A stretch of 34,921 nt of DNA from Candidatus Altimarinota bacterium (GCA_020630245.1 JAHDBZ010000001.1:60402-95322); one strand, 5' to 3'. Shown: positions 1-8,866, counted from the first letter of the stretch. Numbers and translations are program-made. The notes: generated from the sequence alone by a model not told the origin.

Positions 1-1132
1 CAGTGCTGGCAGCCCATTGCCAGTTTCCGTTGTTTACACATGGATCGTAATCGATTAATTTCTGTGCGAAATAACGTTCGCCTTTACGCCAGTCGATCTG
101 TAAATTTTTTACTAAAAAACTGGCGGTGATCATGCGCACACGATTGTGCATGTAACCCGTGGTATTGAGCTCTCGCATGCCAGCGTCAACAATAGGAAAT
201 CCGGTGCGACCTTGGCACCACGCTGCAAAAATTTCTTCATCTTCGGACCATGACAGATCGTTAAATTTCTCTTGGAAGGCGTCGCCAAATACCCTCGGAA
301 AATGATGGGCGATATGGGTGAAGAAATCTCGCCAATAAAGTTCACTGAGTACGGTGTGATCCGGACCATAAAATTTTTTAAGCTGGTTATAACTTTCTCG
401 AACCGAGATCGTACCAAATTTATGATGTGCCGACAGCAGCGTCGTTGATGACTGTGCCGGAAAATCACGACCTTCGTTGTACTGTGGGTCGAGTGATTTG
501 AGGATCTGGATGGCCTCAGATCGCCCGCCTTTGAGACGCAGCTTTGAATTGTGTTCATACTTAATTTCATCCAGTGTGATAGTTCCCTGAAGTGAATCAG
601 TATGCAGATTTTTGTGCGAAAATTTTATCGGATCTGGTACCGGTAATTGGCGGGAGTTTTTATAGAACGGCGTAAAAACGAGATAAGGAGAACCATCTTT
701 TTTGAGTGCAGTGTCCGGTTCTTGCAATAAATAATCTGCATAAGTTTTAAAATCCACATCATGCTTTGTACAGATATCTTCAATAGCTTGGTCTCGTTGC
801 TGCGCAAAAGGGGTGTAATCATGATTTACAAAAACTGCCTCGACGTCTTCTGCTTTGATGAGACTTTCAATAGATTCATCACTTTTACCAGAGAAAATAT
901 AAAGTCGGGACCCCAACTTTTGCAGACTTTCATCTACTTCACGAAGACTCTGAATCATAAATTCAAAGGCGTTAGCTGAAAAGTAATCATTAGTCTCCGT
1001 CTGTCTCGGATCAAAAATAAACACGGGAATCACTTCATCCGAAGCCTTGCACGCAGCGATGAGAGCTGTGTTGTCCTCGAGACGCAGGTCTCGACGGAAG
1101 CAATAGAGGGATTTCTTAAATTTAGCTGACAT
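1..1132 (-). CDS. phr: Deoxyribodipyrimidine photolyase / cryptochrome family protein (3' end runs off the window; not in the ORF track)
   Basis: My own minus-strand translation from ATG at 1132-1130 stays open to base 1 (MSAKFKKSLYCFRRDLRLEDNTALIAA...). The distal part reads TGYMHNRVRMITASFLVKNLQIDWRKGERYFAQKLIDYDPCVNNGNWQWAAS, the FAD-binding signature of class I photolyases. Track ORFs 130-570, 625-822 and 761-979 are off-frame shadows. Confidence 0.85.
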   Translation of the reverse strand, partial: MSAKFKKSLYCFRRDLRLEDNTALIAACKASDEVIPVFIFDPRQTETNDYFSANAFEFMIQSLREVDESLQKLGSRLYIFSGKSDESIESLIKAEDVEAVFVNHDYTPFAQQRDQAIEDICTKHDVDFKTYADYLLQEPDTALKKDGSPYLVFTPFYKNSRQLPVPDPIKFSHKNLHTDSLQGTITLDEIKYEHNSKLRLKGGRSEAIQILKSLDPQYNEGRDFPAQSSTTLLSAHHKFGTISVRESYNQLKKFYGPDHTVLSELYWRDFFTHIAHHFPRVFGDAFQEKFNDLSWSEDEEIFAAWCQGRTGFPIVDAGMRELNTTGYMHNRVRMITASFLVKNLQIDWRKGERYFAQKLIDYDPCVNNGNWQWAAST

Positions 1133-1168
1133 TTTTTTGTGCCTGATTAGATTACTCTAGTTCGATAG

Positions 1169-1924
1169 ATGAATACAGATATTTTGATTGCGGTTTTAGG
1201 AGTCTTTATTGGCGAGTTTTACGGAAACTTTGTTGGAGGCGGTAGTTTGGTAACCCAGATCGCTTTACAAAACATTATCGGTATGGATATTAAACCAGCC
1301 ATCGCTCTCGACAACGCAGCGGTTCTTGGCTCCAATGTTGGGATGATTTTGGCCCTTTGGCGTAAGTATAAAGTGCAGTGGTGGTTTGCCGTATTTACTG
1401 TGTTTCAGATTGTCGGAGCTTTGCTCGGGGCTTGGTTATTGGTGGCTATCGATGCAACATTGCTTAAATGGATTTTTATTGCAACGGTAATCGGTTTAGT
1501 GGTTAAAAATTTGTTTTTTCCCGATGGAGAACACAGAGAAAAAGGCTTTGATCCGACTCAGCGGCGAATTGCTTGGTTAGCGGTCGCCGCTATTTTAATC
1601 GGAGCGTACAATGCCGCCTTTGTGATCGGGGACTGGATTATTGCTTTGTTGATACTGACTAGTTGCTTTGCTATTAAATATCAGCAAGCTATTTTCTTGC
1701 TTGTTTTCTCTATGCTGTTTAGTCAGTCAGCTGCAGTCTATCAGTATTGGGCTCATGGTTTGATCGATTGGTCCTTCTTGGGGCCGATGCTCGTAGTAAC
1801 TTTATTTGGCGGTATGCTGGCTGGCACGTTGATTGAAAAAATTCATTCTGAAAAACTCGAAACTTTTCTCAAATATCTCAGTCTAGGTTTGGTGGTGTAT
1901 CTGGTATGGGGGTTGATTGGTTAA
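1169..1924 (+). CDS. TSUP family (TauE/SafE, DUF81) anion exporter-like membrane protein
   Basis: 251-aa polytopic membrane protein with the glycine motif GNFVGGGSLVTQ near the N-terminus and hydrophobic helices throughout, typical of TauE/SafE permeases. Confidence 0.65.
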   Translation: MNTDILIAVLGVFIGEFYGNFVGGGSLVTQIALQNIIGMDIKPAIALDNAAVLGSNVGMILALWRKYKVQWWFAVFTVFQIVGALLGAWLLVAIDATLLKWIFIATVIGLVVKNLFFPDGEHREKGFDPTQRRIAWLAVAAILIGAYNAAFVIGDWIIALLILTSCFAIKYQQAIFLLVFSMLFSQSAAVYQYWAHGLIDWSFLGPMLVVTLFGGMLAGTLIEKIHSEKLETFLKYLSLGLVVYLVWGLIG

Positions 1925-3411
1925 GCTTTCCCTCGATACCCAAACAGCCGTCGGACAATCTTTCTCACTTTCGGATTAAATAGTTTCGGAGCGAGATATT
2001 GACCCGCTAGCCATTTGCTGGCTTCGCCATACGTTGGGTAGATATAGGTTGAGCGGGCGATTTTAGAAATATCAAGCCCTTGGGCGATGGCCAGTTGCCA
2101 TTCGCGGATCATTTCACCGGCCCGTGGTGCGACAATTTGGACGCCAAGGACTTTATTTTTTTTGCCGATTAGGACTTTGATGAAACCTTCACTGCCCGAT
2201 TCTGTTAAAGCACGATCGTTACCACTGAGATTAAATTTCTGCACGTGGTATTTAAGCTTGGCTTTATCCGCGCTAGCTTCGTCATGACCGATATGGGCAA
2301 TCTCTGGGTCGGTGTAGATCGTCCAGCCGATCGAATCGTAACTGGCTTTGCTTGGAACTTTGAGGAATTCATTGGTAAAAACAATGCCGGCTTCGTAGTT
2401 GGCTGCGTGCGTAAAAGGTGTGTGCCCATTGATATCACCGATCGCCGTAATGTGCGGAACATTGGTGCGACAGTTTGGTTTGGTTGCTATACCACGTGGT
2501 CCGTATTTGACGCCGGCAGCTTCGAGATTTAGCTCCGTGTTTGGAATTCGGCCGGCTGCGAGCAAGATCTCATCGGTCGTAAATTCAATCGTTTTATTTT
2601 TTACTTTGAGGGTGAGGCATTTTTTGGTCTGACGCCCTATCTTTACAGTTTTTACTTCTAGTGGTTCGACATCCGTATAGATTTGTACGCCTTCAGACTT
2701 TAGTTTTTTTGTCATTACATCACGTGTGTCGGCGTCAAAGTGACCCAGGTAGGTTTTGTGTCGTTCTAAGATCGTTACTTGCGTGCCGAGACGCTGCATG
2801 GCTTGCGCCAATTCGGTTGCGATGACGCCCCCGCCAATGATAGTGAGTGATTTTGGTTGTACTTTTGAACTAAAAATTTGTTCATTAGTGATAAATCCTG
2901 CTTCTTTCAAACCTTTAATTTCAGGAATTCGCGGTCGAGAGCCAGTAGCAATACAGATTTTTTTACCCGTAATGGTCGTCGTTTTTTGAGTTTTATATTT
3001 TCTTTGTTGCAGGCGTGAGAGTTTGGGGTTGAGCTCGATTTTGATCGTGTGAGGATCTTTAAATTCAGCTCGGCCGAATATGACATCCGCGCCATAACTA
3101 CGAAAACGATCCGGGTCGTCATGTTTTTGGATCTTGCTCTGGATCTTGGCAATGCGACCCGTAACGTCTGACCAGGTAATCTTTGGCTCAGCTGCTTTGA
3201 TTCCATATTTATCCGCGTGTCGTATGTGATGAGCGACTTTTCCAGATTTGATCAAAGCTTTACTGGGAACACAGCCGTAGTGGAGACAGTCACCGCCGAG
3301 CTTGTCTTTATCAATCAGGCAAACTTTGACACCAAGTTGAGCTGCGGCAGAGCAGAGAGATAGACCGGCTGAGCCGCCACCGATGATGATGAGATCGTAG
3401 GTATATTGCAT
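1921..3411 (-). CDS. Class I pyridine nucleotide-disulfide oxidoreductase (dihydrolipoamide dehydrogenase / mercuric-reductase-like)
   Basis: 496 aa with an FAD Rossmann motif (IIIGGGSAGL), a redox-active CxxxxC (GGDCLHYGCVPSK) and a second dinucleotide fold (IIGGGVIATE). There is no C-terminal Cys pair or metal-binding domain, so it is not a bona fide MerA. Its stop overlaps the convergent TSUP stop by 4 nt. Confidence 0.8.
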   Translation of the reverse strand: MQYTYDLIIIGGGSAGLSLCSAAAQLGVKVCLIDKDKLGGDCLHYGCVPSKALIKSGKVAHHIRHADKYGIKAAEPKITWSDVTGRIAKIQSKIQKHDDPDRFRSYGADVIFGRAEFKDPHTIKIELNPKLSRLQQRKYKTQKTTTITGKKICIATGSRPRIPEIKGLKEAGFITNEQIFSSKVQPKSLTIIGGGVIATELAQAMQRLGTQVTILERHKTYLGHFDADTRDVMTKKLKSEGVQIYTDVEPLEVKTVKIGRQTKKCLTLKVKNKTIEFTTDEILLAAGRIPNTELNLEAAGVKYGPRGIATKPNCRTNVPHITAIGDINGHTPFTHAANYEAGIVFTNEFLKVPSKASYDSIGWTIYTDPEIAHIGHDEASADKAKLKYHVQKFNLSGNDRALTESGSEGFIKVLIGKKNKVLGVQIVAPRAGEMIREWQLAIAQGLDISKIARSTYIYPTYGEASKWLAGQYLAPKLFNPKVRKIVRRLFGYRGKA

Positions 3412-3435
3412 AGTTTGCTAGTTTGCTAATTTGCT
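3412..3435. repeat. Tandem octamer AGTTTGCT x3 (third copy AATTTGCT) at a gene junction
   Basis: The sequence AGTTTGCT AGTTTGCT AATTTGCT AG read directly. It covers the last codons and stop of the TVP38 gene and the 6-nt spacer before the oxidoreductase ATG. Each unit junction forms CTAG. Confidence 0.9.
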
Positions 3436-4089
3436 AGATTGGAAATGTTTTACGATTCGTGGCACGCAGAGTACTAAGCCAATCATGATTGCTGGAATGA
3501 TAAGGGCTTTAGGTCCCTGTAGAAGTGATTCTCCGAGATACACGAAAGCTGGTACAAATACGATATTGGTCAAAAGTGTTCCTAGAAAAAAATCTCTTCC
3601 CCTCAATGTGGGGATCGTACCGGCGGCGTAGCTGAGTGCAATATACGGTAAAAACAGTGCTCGTAGTACGATGATGCTGAGGACACCATTTTTATCAGAT
3701 TTTTCTTCGATGGTTTTAATGAGTTTGCCGATACCTTTTTTATTTTTAAGAGTTTCGATTCGGTCACCGCTTAATTTTCGACCGACGATGAACGCTACCT
3801 GTGCTGCGACGGTAGCCGCAAAGATAACATAAATAGAGCCCCACAGTTTACCGAACAATAAACCGCCTAAGATCGTGAAAACAGTCGAAGACACGAAGGC
3901 CATCACGACCACAAAATAAATAACCATAAACACCAGTGGCCCAAAAATTCCGAAGGCTTCAATCTGAGCTTTCAGATTGTCTGGGTTTAGATAATTTTGT
4001 ATTTGTGTACCGATGTCAGTCTGTGTCCACAGCAAAACTCCGATCGCAATGATGAGCAGTAGCCAGCCGTACTTCTTCAGCCATTTCAT
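3418..4089 (-). CDS. TVP38/TMEM64 family (SNARE-associated, DedA superfamily) membrane protein
   Basis: 223 aa with multiple TM helices and the core LGGLLFGKLWGSIYV...AQVAFIVGRKLSG, typical of the family. It lies 6 nt upstream of the oxidoreductase gene on the same strand. Confidence 0.7.
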   Translation of the reverse strand: MKWLKKYGWLLLIIAIGVLLWTQTDIGTQIQNYLNPDNLKAQIEAFGIFGPLVFMVIYFVVVMAFVSSTVFTILGGLLFGKLWGSIYVIFAATVAAQVAFIVGRKLSGDRIETLKNKKGIGKLIKTIEEKSDKNGVLSIIVLRALFLPYIALSYAAGTIPTLRGRDFFLGTLLTNIVFVPAFVYLGESLLQGPKALIIPAIMIGLVLCVPRIVKHFQSSKLAN

Positions 4090-4101
4090 GCGAATTGCGG
4101 C

Positions 4102-5010
4102 TTAGAGTTTGAAGATCGGCTTGTCTGAGATTCTGATATCATCGATGTAGAGTGTTTGTTGGTTGTGCGGGTCTTCATGATTGAGGATTCCGAGCTCGAG
4201 GATAGAATATTTAGTCTGTTCCTGTGGGAGTGTTTGCCCTGGAAAGTAGAGAATTTTTTTGTTGTCTTGCCAGACTTCGACCAAGCCTTTGCGGTTGTCA
4301 GTCGAAAACTTGATGTGAAAACGGAGATTGACCCATTGATTAAACGGCAGGTTTACTTCGTCTAGTACGGTCTGCTTGTAGGCCTCTGGTTTAGGGAGCC
4401 AGTAAAACAGGTCTGAGGCAATATAATTGTTTCGATCAAAGAAGAAAAACCGGCCCGGCTCTTTACGGTAGCGCCAGCTACTGTTTTCGGCTCGGATACC
4501 CCAGAACATTAAATTTTTAGTAAATGGTTTTTGTTCGCCTTCTAAATAAAACCATCCAGAAAAATATAGGTCTTCTCCCTCATCAAAATCAAATAAGTGT
4601 CGACGAATCCCCGCAGCCGTTTTGCGACCGAAGCTAAGTTGGGTTGGGGGGACGGTAAACTTTAGCGACTGCTGACCGCGTTTTCTCTGCTCGGTAGAGA
4701 TTTCGATCTTGCTTTTTCCCGGAGCCATAAAACACTCTGAGGGAACAACAAAACAGCTCTTAGTAGGATTTTTCAGTAGTCTGACTTCGTTGTTTTGTAG
4801 CGTCAGCTGGTGCCAGCGAGAGAAATCTGGTGGAAAGAGATCTTCTACGCGATCAATTTCCTCAAAACCTTCCGAAAATTTATTTTCACTGGGCTGAGAC
4901 AATTTGAGCGTGTTGAATTCCTGGATCGTGGCTGGAGTCGAAAATGTGTAATAGATCAACCCTCCCAAGAGGGCGAAAAATAGTAACTTGAAAAATTTTT
5001 TACCAGACAT
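4102..5010 (-). CDS. Membrane-anchored hypothetical protein, possibly ConA-like jelly-roll / polysaccharide-lyase-like
   Basis: 302 aa with an N-terminal anchor (FFKLLFFALLGGLIYY) followed by an aromatic-rich, beta-looking domain ending in QTLYIDDIRISD. The family assignment is weak pattern recognition only. It lies 12 nt upstream of the TVP38 gene, which suggests an operon. Confidence 0.45.
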   Translation of the reverse strand: MSGKKFFKLLFFALLGGLIYYTFSTPATIQEFNTLKLSQPSENKFSEGFEEIDRVEDLFPPDFSRWHQLTLQNNEVRLLKNPTKSCFVVPSECFMAPGKSKIEISTEQRKRGQQSLKFTVPPTQLSFGRKTAAGIRRHLFDFDEGEDLYFSGWFYLEGEQKPFTKNLMFWGIRAENSSWRYRKEPGRFFFFDRNNYIASDLFYWLPKPEAYKQTVLDEVNLPFNQWVNLRFHIKFSTDNRKGLVEVWQDNKKILYFPGQTLPQEQTKYSILELGILNHEDPHNQQTLYIDDIRISDKPIFKL

Positions 5011-5093
5011 TTCGGTTCCTATTTTAGCGCGATCATTGGATTGTTCTTGGGGATTTTGTCGACAAAGCTGGTGAGTGATGTATTTTTTATGTC

Positions 5094-5627
5094 ATGAAGC
5101 CAACGAGCGTTTTGTTAGCCCTAATGCTTTTGTGCACGGGTTGCTGGTTTGGGTCTCGTGGCCCCACGACGATCACACTGATGAATGTGGATGGTCAGGT
5201 GATAGGGCAGGCTTTTGCGATGGAAGATGCATTTTGGACGGCAGATCATATCTATCGAACCCACGAGAATCTTTTCTTTGAGGGAACACCGATCGAAGTG
5301 CTAGAGCGCTCTGTGCGCCGTGATGTTTTGCGTTTTTCTCTGCCGTTTCGAGGTGTTAAAGACAAGCAATCAGGATCTTTGTCCGCCGATTTCTTGCGGC
5401 CAGGGATTCGCCTCAGTTGGTCCGGCGGACAAGGAACACTGGAGCGAATAGAGACCAAATTTGTGATAGGCGATCGTGAGTATCATCGTATTGGAATCGT
5501 GTCTGGGAAAATACTCCCCGGGATGTCAGGTCTTCCTGTATTGGACGATGCCCATAATGTGAGAGGAATGATCATCGGAGGAGATAATGATTCGGTTTTT
5601 ATTTCGGAGCTTTATGCTACTGAGTAG
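5094..5627 (+). CDS. Small secreted chymotrypsin-fold serine protease-like protein
   Basis: 177 aa with a signal-like N-terminus containing Cys14 and Cys17 (not a canonical lipobox). His52 (TADHIY), Asp77 (RRDVLRF) and Ser145 (PGMSGLPVLDD, a GxSGxP motif) occur in the order expected for a catalytic triad. Confidence 0.5.
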   Translation: MKPTSVLLALMLLCTGCWFGSRGPTTITLMNVDGQVIGQAFAMEDAFWTADHIYRTHENLFFEGTPIEVLERSVRRDVLRFSLPFRGVKDKQSGSLSADFLRPGIRLSWSGGQGTLERIETKFVIGDREYHRIGIVSGKILPGMSGLPVLDDAHNVRGMIIGGDNDSVFISELYATE

Positions 5628-5643
5628 AACGCGTAATTTGGAC

Positions 5644-5671
5644 TTGACGCCAATTGGTGTGCTCCTAGAAT
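5644..5671 (+). promoter_or_regulatory. Sigma70-type promoter of rpsO (TTGACG-16-TAGAAT)
   Basis: TTGACG at 5644-5649 and TAGAAT at 5666-5671 with a 16-nt spacer, about 30 nt upstream of the rpsO ATG. Confidence 0.6.
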
Positions 5672-5702
5672 CGTCGAGCAATAATTTATTTTTTTAAATC
5701 AC

Positions 5703-6011
5703 ATGCCTGCAAAAGCTAAGAAAGACGAAGCTAAGGCGGCTCCCAAAGCCACTAAAAGCGACAAAAAAGCCGTAATCGCGGCTCATCAACAACACAAAAA
5801 AGATACCGGTTCTGCCCCGGTTCAGATTGCGATCCTTACTGACAAGATTAACAAACTTACAGAGCACCTTAAAGCGCACAAAAAGGACAAACATTCTCGC
5901 CGAGGACTTATCGGCATGGTTGGTCGACGCACCAAACTCATGCGATACCTCAAAATGCACAAACCTGAGGAAGCTCGACAGCTTGCAAAGGAACTCGGAC
6001 TACGGTCTTAA
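5703..6011 (+). CDS. rpsO: 30S ribosomal protein S15 with a Lys/Ala-rich N-terminal extension
   Basis: The C-terminal ~75 aa ([49 protein letters not shown]) are canonical S15. The gene sits directly upstream of pnp, as in most bacteria. Confidence 0.95.
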   Translation: MPAKAKKDEAKAAPKATKSDKKAVIAAHQQHKKDTGSAPVQIAILTDKINKLTEHLKAHKKDKHSRRGLIGMVGRRTKLMRYLKMHKPEEARQLAKELGLRS

Positions 6012-6025
6012 TCGCTCAAATGATA

Positions 6026-6057
6026 AACGCTCGGGATAAAGTCGGGCGTTTTTCTTT
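6026..6057 (+). terminator. Intrinsic terminator / attenuator hairpin between rpsO and pnp
   Basis: AACGCTCG at 6026-6033 pairs with CGGGCGTT at 6043-6050 (one G-U), followed by a T-run. Confidence 0.6.
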
Positions 6058-6143
6058 CTCAAGAAAAATTCCTCATCGTTATCCTGCAGCGATTGTCAGA
6101 GAGCTAGCAATAGATATCTCTAATTTTTAAAAATCATTTCACA

Positions 6144-8252
6144 ATGAACGTTGTAAAAAAGGAACTCCCGTTGGGAGAAAACGTATTCAGCTTTGAAGCT
6201 GGAAAATTTGCCCATCAAGCTGATGGTGCCGTTATGGTCTCGAATGGAGATTGTAAAATTTTGGTTACCGCCCAAATGGGAGGTGCCCGAGACGGGATGG
6301 ATTTCTTTCCTCTCGTGGTTGAATTCGAGCCTCGTTATTACTCAGCGGGTCGACTCAAACATTCAAAAGTCAATAAACGAGAAGGACGAAAAAGTGATCC
6401 AGATGTCCTTACTTGCCGAGTGACGGATCGTCCGTTGCGACCTATGTTCCCAAAAGGAATGCGTAATGAAGTCCAAATCATTGCCACTCAATTTCAAACC
6501 GATGGTGACCATGCTTCAGCGCCACTCTGTATTACCGGCGCTAGTCTCGCTATCCAAATGGCGGGAATGCCGTTTGAGCGATCGGTTTCAGCCGTGCAGG
6601 TTGGAATGGACGCCCAAGGAAACTTTATCACGAATCCATCCGGCACGCAGATTGCCGAATCAGGGCTAGATTTTGTGGTTGCTGGGACGGAGGACTCGAT
6701 CATGATGGTCGAAGCCGGGGCCAACCTAATTTCAAACGAAAAAGCCGTCGAGGTTCTCGAGTACGCGCATGCAGAGATCAAAAAGCTTTGTAAGTTACAG
6801 GATGAATTTTTGGCTGGAATGACCATCGAGGTCAAAGAATACGAGGTCGCGTCAGAATCTGATACCTATGCCCGCGCAGCGGAACTCGTCGATCAGCACA
6901 TTACCGAAGACGAATTTACTACCATTGCGGGGACGACTAAAAAAGAAGTTAAGAAGAAAATGCACGTTCTTGAAGAAAAACTCTTTGCAGCTTGTGCAGC
7001 GGAACTCGAAACTGAAGAAGTTTCAAAAGGAGACTTAGTCGGAGCCTTTGAAAAACGTTTTGCGAAAAATATGCGAGCGCGGGTCTTCACCACTGGAAAA
7101 CGAGTCGATGGTCGTGGTATTGACGATGTTCGAGATCTCTATGTAGAGACAGGGCTTTTCGATCGAGTCCATGGTTCAGGTCTTTTCCAGCGTGGTGAAA
7201 CGCAAGCGCTCACGATGCTTACCCTTGGAGGACCAGATGATGAAAAATACGTAGACACGACGGATGGTGGTGAGCGACGTGCTCGCTACATCCATCATTA
7301 TAACTTCCCGCCTTACTCAGTGGGGGAGACACGAATGTTGCGCGGACCGGGTCGTCGAGAGATTGGACACGGAGCTTTAGCAGAGCGAGCTCTGAGCTAT
7401 GTCATGCCAAAAGAAGAAGATGGTTGGCAGTACACAGTTCGTTGTGTGTCAGAGATCCTGAGCTGTAATGGTTCGAGTTCAATGGCTTCAGTTTGTGGAT
7501 CGACACTGGCTCTGATGGACGCCGGAGTACCGATCAAAACACCAATTGCGGGGATCGCTATGGGACTGCTAATGCAGGACGACGGGGATTTCCGAATTCT
7601 TACTGATATTCAAGGTCTCGAAGATTTCGATGGAGATATGGATTTCAAAGTAACGGGAGACGAAGAAGGTATCACAGCTCTACAGCTAGATATCAAACTC
7701 AAAGGGCTCGATCTATCACTGCTGAAAGATGCCTTGGAACGAGCGAAAGTCGCTCGAACACATATCCTAGGCGCTATGAAAGCTGAAATCGCGGTGCCAA
7801 ACCCAGAGATGAATGCACACGCACCACTGATCGAAACGATGAAGATCGACCCGGATCAGATCCGAGATATTATTGGTAAAGGCGGCGCTGTAATCCAAGG
7901 AATGTGTGCCGATTACGATGTAAAAATTAGCGTCGAAGATGACGGAACGGTTATCATCGCCGGTCTTAAGGAAGGTATCAATGGTGCGCGTAATCAAATC
8001 GAAATGATTACCTACACGCCCGAAGTCGGAGATGAGTTCCAGGATTGTGAAGTCAAAACGATCGTTGATTTCGGAGCTTTTGTTCAGTACGCACCAGGCA
8101 AGGATGGGCTGGTTCACATCTCTCAGATTGCAGAGGAACGTGTCGAAAAAGTTGAGGACTACCTCAAAGTTGGTCAAAAGGTGAATGTAAAACTTACCGA
8201 AATTGATCGACAAGGACGGGTTAAGCTGTCGATGAAAGGAATGAATAACTAG
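6144..8252 (+). CDS. pnp: Polyribonucleotide nucleotidyltransferase (PNPase)
   Basis: 702 aa with two RNase PH domains, then KH (IGKGGAVIQ) and S1 ([19 protein letters not shown]) domains. Conserved rpsO-pnp synteny. Confidence 0.97.
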   Translation: MNVVKKELPLGENVFSFEAGKFAHQADGAVMVSNGDCKILVTAQMGGARDGMDFFPLVVEFEPRYYSAGRLKHSKVNKREGRKSDPDVLTCRVTDRPLRPMFPKGMRNEVQIIATQFQTDGDHASAPLCITGASLAIQMAGMPFERSVSAVQVGMDAQGNFITNPSGTQIAESGLDFVVAGTEDSIMMVEAGANLISNEKAVEVLEYAHAEIKKLCKLQDEFLAGMTIEVKEYEVASESDTYARAAELVDQHITEDEFTTIAGTTKKEVKKKMHVLEEKLFAACAAELETEEVSKGDLVGAFEKRFAKNMRARVFTTGKRVDGRGIDDVRDLYVETGLFDRVHGSGLFQRGETQALTMLTLGGPDDEKYVDTTDGGERRARYIHHYNFPPYSVGETRMLRGPGRREIGHGALAERALSYVMPKEEDGWQYTVRCVSEILSCNGSSSMASVCGSTLALMDAGVPIKTPIAGIAMGLLMQDDGDFRILTDIQGLEDFDGDMDFKVTGDEEGITALQLDIKLKGLDLSLLKDALERAKVARTHILGAMKAEIAVPNPEMNAHAPLIETMKIDPDQIRDIIGKGGAVIQGMCADYDVKISVEDDGTVIIAGLKEGINGARNQIEMITYTPEVGDEFQDCEVKTIVDFGAFVQYAPGKDGLVHISQIAEERVEKVEDYLKVGQKVNVKLTEIDRQGRVKLSMKGMNN

Positions 8253-8279
8253 TTAACAGATAACGGTTAACAGTGAACA
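8252..8279 (+). repeat. Heptamer array GTTAACA GATAACG GTTAACA GTGAACA just after the pnp stop
   Basis: Read directly. The TAA triplets at 8254, 8261 and 8268 fall in three different reading frames. Confidence 0.85.
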
Positions 8280-8280
8280 G

Positions 8281-8308
8281 AAAGGGGTCGATGATTATCG
8301 GCCCTTTT
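8281..8308. terminator. Bidirectional intrinsic terminator between convergent pnp and the DtxR-family gene
   Basis: In AAAGGGGTCGATGATTATCGGCCCTTTT, the 8-bp stem 8285-8292/8297-8304 (one G-U) has a GATT loop, with an A-tract upstream and a T-tract downstream. Confidence 0.7.
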
Positions 8309-8349
8309 GTTGTTTATAAGAGATCTAAGTGTAAAGATGTTTTTTTTGT

Positions 8350-8790
8350 TTAGCTTAGGACTGGCAACCCACCGGCTTTTTTTTCACTTCTCATCTGTTT
8401 CAGCCAGGCCTCTAGAGCTTCGCCCGTCTCTGGGCTGAGCAGGTGCTCGATCTTACAGGAGTCTGCGTCTGCGATGGCTTTGTCGACTCCTAGAAAGTTT
8501 ACGAAGAAGTCCATCATCATGGCTTTGTTTTTGATGATTTGTTGGGCCACTTGAGTGGCGTTTTCAGTGAGGGTGAAGTGTTTGTCTGGGTGTTGGGTGA
8601 TCCAGCCTTTTTTTACCAGTGTTTTGAGTGCTTGAGAGACGGTTGGGGCTGATACATCTAAGGCTTTTACCAGATCGCTGGCGTGAGCGTTTTCGGTTTC
8701 ATAGATCGTCATTAGGTAATGCGCTTCACTGTGAGAGAGCGGATTCTCGTGAAAGTGTTTCCAGACGTGATTGGTAGTAGTGCAAAGCAT
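8350..8790 (-). CDS. DtxR/MntR family metal-dependent transcriptional repressor
   Basis: 146 aa with a wHTH (LSHSEAHYLMTIYETENAHASDLVKALDVSAPTVSQALKTLVKKGWI) and a dimerisation/metal-binding helix region (FFVNFLGVDKAIADADSCKIEHLLSPE). Confidence 0.8.
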   Translation of the reverse strand: MLCTTTNHVWKHFHENPLSHSEAHYLMTIYETENAHASDLVKALDVSAPTVSQALKTLVKKGWITQHPDKHFTLTENATQVAQQIIKNKAMMMDFFVNFLGVDKAIADADSCKIEHLLSPETGEALEAWLKQMRSEKKAGGLPVLS

Positions 8791-8797
8791 GGAGCCA

Positions 8798-8830
8798 GTA
8801 TGAAGTATGAAGTCAGAAGTAAGAAGTAAT
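8798..8830. repeat. Heptamer array GTATGAA GTATGAA GTCAGAA GTAAGAA GTAAT
   Basis: Read directly in the divergent region. On the minus strand it forms the (N)TACTTC-repeat 5' UTR of the DtxR-family gene. Confidence 0.85.
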
Positions 8831-8852
8831 TTTTTGATAATTTTATTTGCAT

Positions 8853-8866
8853 TTAGGTATACCTAA
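8853..8866. promoter_or_regulatory. Perfect 14-bp palindrome TTAGGTATACCTAA, candidate DtxR/IdeR-type operator
   Basis: The TTAGGTA/TACCTAA half-sites resemble the TTAGGT..ACCTAA arms of DtxR/IdeR boxes. The palindrome lies between a -35-like TTGCAT (8847-8852) and a -10-like TATAAG (8868-8873) upstream of the FTR1 gene. Confidence 0.55.
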
